Origin: Sedimentisphaerales bacterium
GTDB lineage: Bacteria; Planctomycetota; Phycisphaerae; Sedimentisphaerales; Anaerobacaceae
Assembly: GCA_963708075.1 (NCBI GenBank)
Contig: OY970194.1
Coordinates: 864,001-928,000 of the forward strand
Reading direction: 5' to 3'
Length of the DNA stretch: 64,000 nucleotides
Shown piece by piece: positions 60,550-64,000 of this stretch. The notes under the pieces were generated by a model. The model was not told the origin of the DNA. It made no database searches and saw only the letters and a program-made list of their open reading frames with translations. Position numbers and translations under genes: made by a program. Each line of letters begins with the position of its first letter. The stretch's first letter is position 1.

Positions 60550-60942
60550 ATGACAGAGTTGTGGCTAAGAAGACAACGATGGGCCGCCCTCGTAGTGGTT
60601 TATGCTTTAGCCGTGCTCTTCGGTGTTTGGAGTGGACTTGCGGGAGGTGGGGCTTGGACAAAATCCGATGCCGGTATGTACTTCTTCATCGCCATTTCGA
60701 TGAGCCTTGGTTTTGTGTGGCTTTGCACGGTCGATGCCAGGCTATTAGGCGAACCGCTGATGTGGTCGGCCAAGATGGGCATCTTTTTCGGTTGGCCGGT
60801 GGGGGTGCCCATATACATACTCTGGTCCCGCGGCACAAAGGGCATCGGGCTCTTGCTGTCATATGGCATTTTGTTCTTTCTTGTGGCAGCGATGTCTATG
60901 ATCGCCGTCGGCATTTGCTCTGGTGACCCGTTCGCCAGCTAA
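60550..60942 (+). CDS. Membrane protein (~4 TM)
   Basis: RBS; hydrophobic helices; WPVGVPIY..WSRG. Confidence 0.65.
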   Translation: MTELWLRRQRWAALVVVYALAVLFGVWSGLAGGGAWTKSDAGMYFFIAISMSLGFVWLCTVDARLLGEPLMWSAKMGIFFGWPVGVPIYILWSRGTKGIGLLLSYGILFFLVAAMSMIAVGICSGDPFAS

Positions 60943-60969
60943 TCGCCAGCACGCGGAATCGCTCAAACG

Positions 60970-61509
60970 ATGGAAATACGAAAAGTAAACGAATCAGACG
61001 GTCCGATGCTGCGGGAACTCCATCTGCGGATGTATGCGGATTCGCCGAATGCGTTTGGGGAGAGCCTGGCGGAGGCACAGGCGATGCCGATGGAGCGGTG
61101 GGAGGGGCGGGCGCGGAAGCTCGCAGACGCGGGCGAGGCCGTGGGATTCGTGGCGGTGGAGGGAGACAGGGTTGTCGGGTTCATCGCCGGACTTGTCGGA
61201 CAGTACCGGGATGGCGAGGTTCACAGCGACGTGCGTGAGACCGTGACGATGGCGAGGGCCTGGGTGGACCCGCAGTCGCGACGAATGGGGATCGCGCGGG
61301 CGATGGCAAATGCCGTGGAATCCTGGGCCTGCGAAAAAGGGGCAAAAATGCTCGAAGTGCAGGTGACGGAGAACAACGGCCCGGCCATCGAGTTCTACAG
61401 GAAGCTTGGCTTCGCCGACACCGGCCGGCGCGAGCCGCTGCTATCCAATCCGACCCTCCAGATCCACTTCCTCAATCGGTCGCCGCGGTGCGCGGACCGG
61501 CCGCGATAG
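60970..61509 (+). CDS. GNAT acetyltransferase
   Basis: WVDP..RR.GIA and V...N..AI.FYRKLGF motifs. Confidence 0.9.
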   Translation: MEIRKVNESDGPMLRELHLRMYADSPNAFGESLAEAQAMPMERWEGRARKLADAGEAVGFVAVEGDRVVGFIAGLVGQYRDGEVHSDVRETVTMARAWVDPQSRRMGIARAMANAVESWACEKGAKMLEVQVTENNGPAIEFYRKLGFADTGRREPLLSNPTLQIHFLNRSPRCADRPR

Positions 61510-62134
61510 CCGCTTGCTTGAGCCGCTCGATGTCCAGGTCGCGGATGTATCTGACGAGGTTCTGCCAGCCGCTGTAGAAGCCGAAGCCGCCCTGGGTCAT
61601 CTCGGCGATGGCCTGCTCCTTGGTCCAGCCCTGCACGGCCACGCGATAGATCGCCGTCATCATCCCCGTGCGGTCGGCGCCGCGGCGGCAATGCACGAAC
61701 ACCGGCGTGCGATCTTTGTCCATGACAGTCTGCAGGAATTGCACGACATCCTTATCCTCCGGCTGCCAGGCCGTGGAGGGGATTCGCACATAGGTCATGC
61801 CGGTCCCGCGAAGATCATCCGGCGCGCCTGAGGAACGCAGATCGATGACCGTCTTGATTCCGAGCTTCTGTAACTGCCGTATTCCCTCCGGCGTCGGCTC
61901 CGCGCCGCGATACAACTCATCCGAAACCTTGTGCAGGTTCGGCAGGCCTGCCGACTCCATCGCGTCGGCCCAGTCGCCGGATGACGCGTTGCTCGCCACC
62001 CGGGTGTCGTTGTCCACCCCCAGAGGCAGCGGCCCCGCCCAATAATGACAGCCTGGGATTGCTCCCCCCACAAGCAGGGCGCACGCCAGCAGGGGCCAGA
62101 TCAACCATCGATAGAATCGCGTTTCGTATAGCAT
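61472..62134 (-). CDS. Cys-based protein tyrosine/dual-specificity phosphatase family protein (probably exported)
   Basis: LYRG, GIKTVIDLR and P-loop HCRRGADRTG; hydrophobic N-terminus. Confidence 0.85.
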   Translation of the reverse strand: MLYETRFYRWLIWPLLACALLVGGAIPGCHYWAGPLPLGVDNDTRVASNASSGDWADAMESAGLPNLHKVSDELYRGAEPTPEGIRQLQKLGIKTVIDLRSSGAPDDLRGTGMTYVRIPSTAWQPEDKDVVQFLQTVMDKDRTPVFVHCRRGADRTGMMTAIYRVAVQGWTKEQAIAEMTQGGFGFYSGWQNLVRYIRDLDIERLKQAAIAAGPRTAATD

Positions 62135-62208
62135 AGCACTCTTACCGCCCGAACGGCCAATGTGTTCATCTCCTGATTGCATTTGTGCAGGCTTTTGGGC
62201 ATTGTATC

Positions 62209-62301
62209 GGGTGGCAGCGGCAAGCGGAGTCTTCGGAGCTTGCCGATGGCTCTCTCGGACCCAGGCAAAGCCATCGGCAGACAAGTTTGCCGATGCCACC
62301 C
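62209..62301. repeat. Nested-palindrome (REP/MITE-like) element, copy 3
   Basis: Outer gggtggcagcggcaa/ttgccgatgccaccc (1 mismatch); inner tgccgatggct/agccatcggca. Confidence 0.8.
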
Positions 62302-62381
62302 ACCACTGTTCTCGTTAGAAGGCCTGGATCAAGCTCGTGGAGGACTGCCCTTTCATTCTTACAGACACCCTTGATTGCCCT

Positions 62382-63353
62382 TTACTTGGCTGACGGGGCG
62401 GGCCGGCCGGACTTCGGCCGCTTGGCGAGTAGCAGGATCTGCCTGGTGATACTCCGGCAAACGTGTGTGAAGGAGAACTTCACGGGGGCCAGGTCCGGCA
62501 TTTGAAAATCGGTGATGGGCGAGGGCAGGGCGTCGCCGAGGATCTCGATCTGATCAAGGTCCGCGCAGCCGAAGCCGGTCCGTTTTGCGGTCACGATGAT
62601 CGGCACCTGCTCGGGCTGGATATTCACAAGCCGGCAGCAGACCCTCTCGCAGGCGATGGGATCGGTGCCGCCGATGAGCCAGCCCAGCGGCTTGCTCGGA
62701 CCGCGGATGGGGCCCTGGCCTTCCATCGCGACGATGCCGTCGATGATCGTCAGGACGGGATGAAGATACCGGTAGGTGTCGATGAGCATCTCATAGAATT
62801 CGTCCGGGTTGCCGCCTTTGCGGAAATGCCACAAGGCCTTGTGCTTGCCGCTGATGCAGCCGAACATGTTCTTGACGGCGAAGGTGGCGACCAACTGCTG
62901 GTGGGCCTTGAATTTCGGCAGGTTGATGATGGCATCGGCCTCCAGCGCCAGGGTGCTGATGCCCACTCTCGGCTTGCCGGGTCCGAGCCGGCATTTCTTC
63001 GGCGCGTCCAGTTCCTTGAGGGGCACACCGAGTTTCGCCAGCGGCTCCGTGAGTTCCAGAGCGCGGGCACAGGTGGCCGCATTCGTCCAGGCGGACGAGT
63101 CCCCGACAAACGGCTTGGCGCCGAAATCTTTCAGCATTCGGGCCAGTTCGAGGATCACAGTGGGATGCGTCTGTGCGGCACTGACGTGATGCGAGCGGGG
63201 AGCGATGAAATTGGGTTTGATCAGGACTGTATCGCCGCGTTTGATGAATCGCGCCATACCGCCGAGCAGATCGAACTGCCGCCGGACCGCTTGCGCGACC
63301 CGCCCGGGATCGTAGTCATCACATCGAGTTAGCACAACATTGGCCGAAGGCAT
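62382..63353 (-). CDS. DUF362 domain protein
   Basis: VLIKPN, THP, GDS, INLPK.K.H, VKNMFG and DGI.AMEG.GP motifs. Confidence 0.9.
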   Translation of the reverse strand: MPSANVVLTRCDDYDPGRVAQAVRRQFDLLGGMARFIKRGDTVLIKPNFIAPRSHHVSAAQTHPTVILELARMLKDFGAKPFVGDSSAWTNAATCARALELTEPLAKLGVPLKELDAPKKCRLGPGKPRVGISTLALEADAIINLPKFKAHQQLVATFAVKNMFGCISGKHKALWHFRKGGNPDEFYEMLIDTYRYLHPVLTIIDGIVAMEGQGPIRGPSKPLGWLIGGTDPIACERVCCRLVNIQPEQVPIIVTAKRTGFGCADLDQIEILGDALPSPITDFQMPDLAPVKFSFTHVCRSITRQILLLAKRPKSGRPAPSAK

Positions 63354-63356
63354 GGG

Positions 63357-63998
63357 TTATTCGGTAATGCCCCCGCAAATCAGGACATAAACGCGGGCGC
63401 TGGACTTGAACTTCGGCGGATCGGATCGGGTCGGGTCGAAGAACAGACGGCCCTGCGGGTTATTGAAGAACAGCCCGCCGAGAGTAAGCTGCTCGCCCGT
63501 GTAGGCATCGGGGCCCAGAAGCAGGAAATCACCCGGCCCCATCTGGGTGGCAAAGGCGGCCGGAGCGAAGTAAAACTCATTTTTGCGAGCCATCAGGTGC
63601 AACTGGGGGATGGCCGCCGAGGTCGGCAGGGTATAAGTAGGATATGCAATGATCTTGCGCACGCCGCGGGCCCAGGGGATCGGCTCCGCCCGCAGCCGCA
63701 GCACGAGCGAGCCCGGCCCGACGTTCACGGTCTGGCTCGCCAGATTGTTGCCCACGAACGCGATCGTGCGGCCCGCCGGAAGGTCCGCAATCGGCAGGTC
63801 GCTGGTATCGCTGTCGGGAATCGCCAGCGACAGCGTCGCCGTCCTCTGGGCGCCCGCCTCCGCCAGGGCCTGCTGAGTCTTCTCCCACGCTTCCATCCGC
63901 CCGGATTTCACGCGGAACGAATTGTTCGTGAAGGCGTTATAGCTGCTCATGAAGACACCCTTGGGCGAGAGCTGACGCCAGAGGTCATCGAGCTGGTC
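63357..63998 (-). CDS. Hypothetical protein (5' partial; frame open to the window edge)
   Basis: Frame stays open from 63998 to stop 63357, 3 nt upstream of the DUF362 start. Confidence 0.65.
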   Translation of the reverse strand, partial: DQLDDLWRQLSPKGVFMSSYNAFTNNSFRVKSGRMEAWEKTQQALAEAGAQRTATLSLAIPDSDTSDLPIADLPAGRTIAFVGNNLASQTVNVGPGSLVLRLRAEPIPWARGVRKIIAYPTYTLPTSAAIPQLHLMARKNEFYFAPAAFATQMGPGDFLLLGPDAYTGEQLTLGGLFFNNPQGRLFFDPTRSDPPKFKSSARVYVLICGGITE

Positions 63999-64000
63999 CA

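Noticed and set aside
57528..61509. Integron cassette array
   Set aside because: No intI, and no RYYYAAC...GTTRRRY attC palindromes in the short spacers.
61472..61509. 38-nt 3' overlap of the convergent GNAT and phosphatase genes (also cupin/nnrD, 43581-43603)
   Set aside because: Short convergent overlaps are common and show no further signal.
1..64000. tRNA, rRNA, riboswitch, transposase or prophage genes
   Set aside because: None recognised by eye; a covariance-model search would be needed to exclude small RNAs.

Overview
GC-rich bacterial DNA. The gene families (H-X9-DG-type C-terminus, PQQ-like propeller, DUF1080, ThuA, Tat-exported Gfo/Idh/MocA, GEVED-type surface protein) suggest a planctomycete, probably Phycisphaerae/Sedimentisphaerales; this is inference. 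From left to right: (i) a DUF5107/TPR gene and a UroD-family gene; (ii) a minus-strand hexosamine-glycan cluster: GH2+CBM32, a GH20-GH89 fusion, a nucleotidyltransferase, a NahK/AmgK-like kinase and a GH36-like protein; (iii) a class II aldolase, a TolC-MFP-RND efflux operon and a DUF1080-ThuA-Gfo operon; (iv) four tandem exported internalin-type LRR/beta-helix paralogs, the last coupled to an exported dikinase-like protein with a circularly permuted lamin-tail domain; (v) tsaD-larB-nnrD; (vi) a surface protein with a Met-rich loop and 32 T-x-C heptads; (vii) a small AT-richer islet with an orphan TcmP and two PD-(D/E)XK-like ORFs; (viii) GH62 and a run of small GNAT/NUDIX/membrane genes. Several REP-like palindrome families and heptamer repeats occur. 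Seven small indels break five genes and may be assembly errors. I saw no rRNA, tRNA, CRISPR array or transposase. All family calls come from reading motifs by eye, not from database searches.
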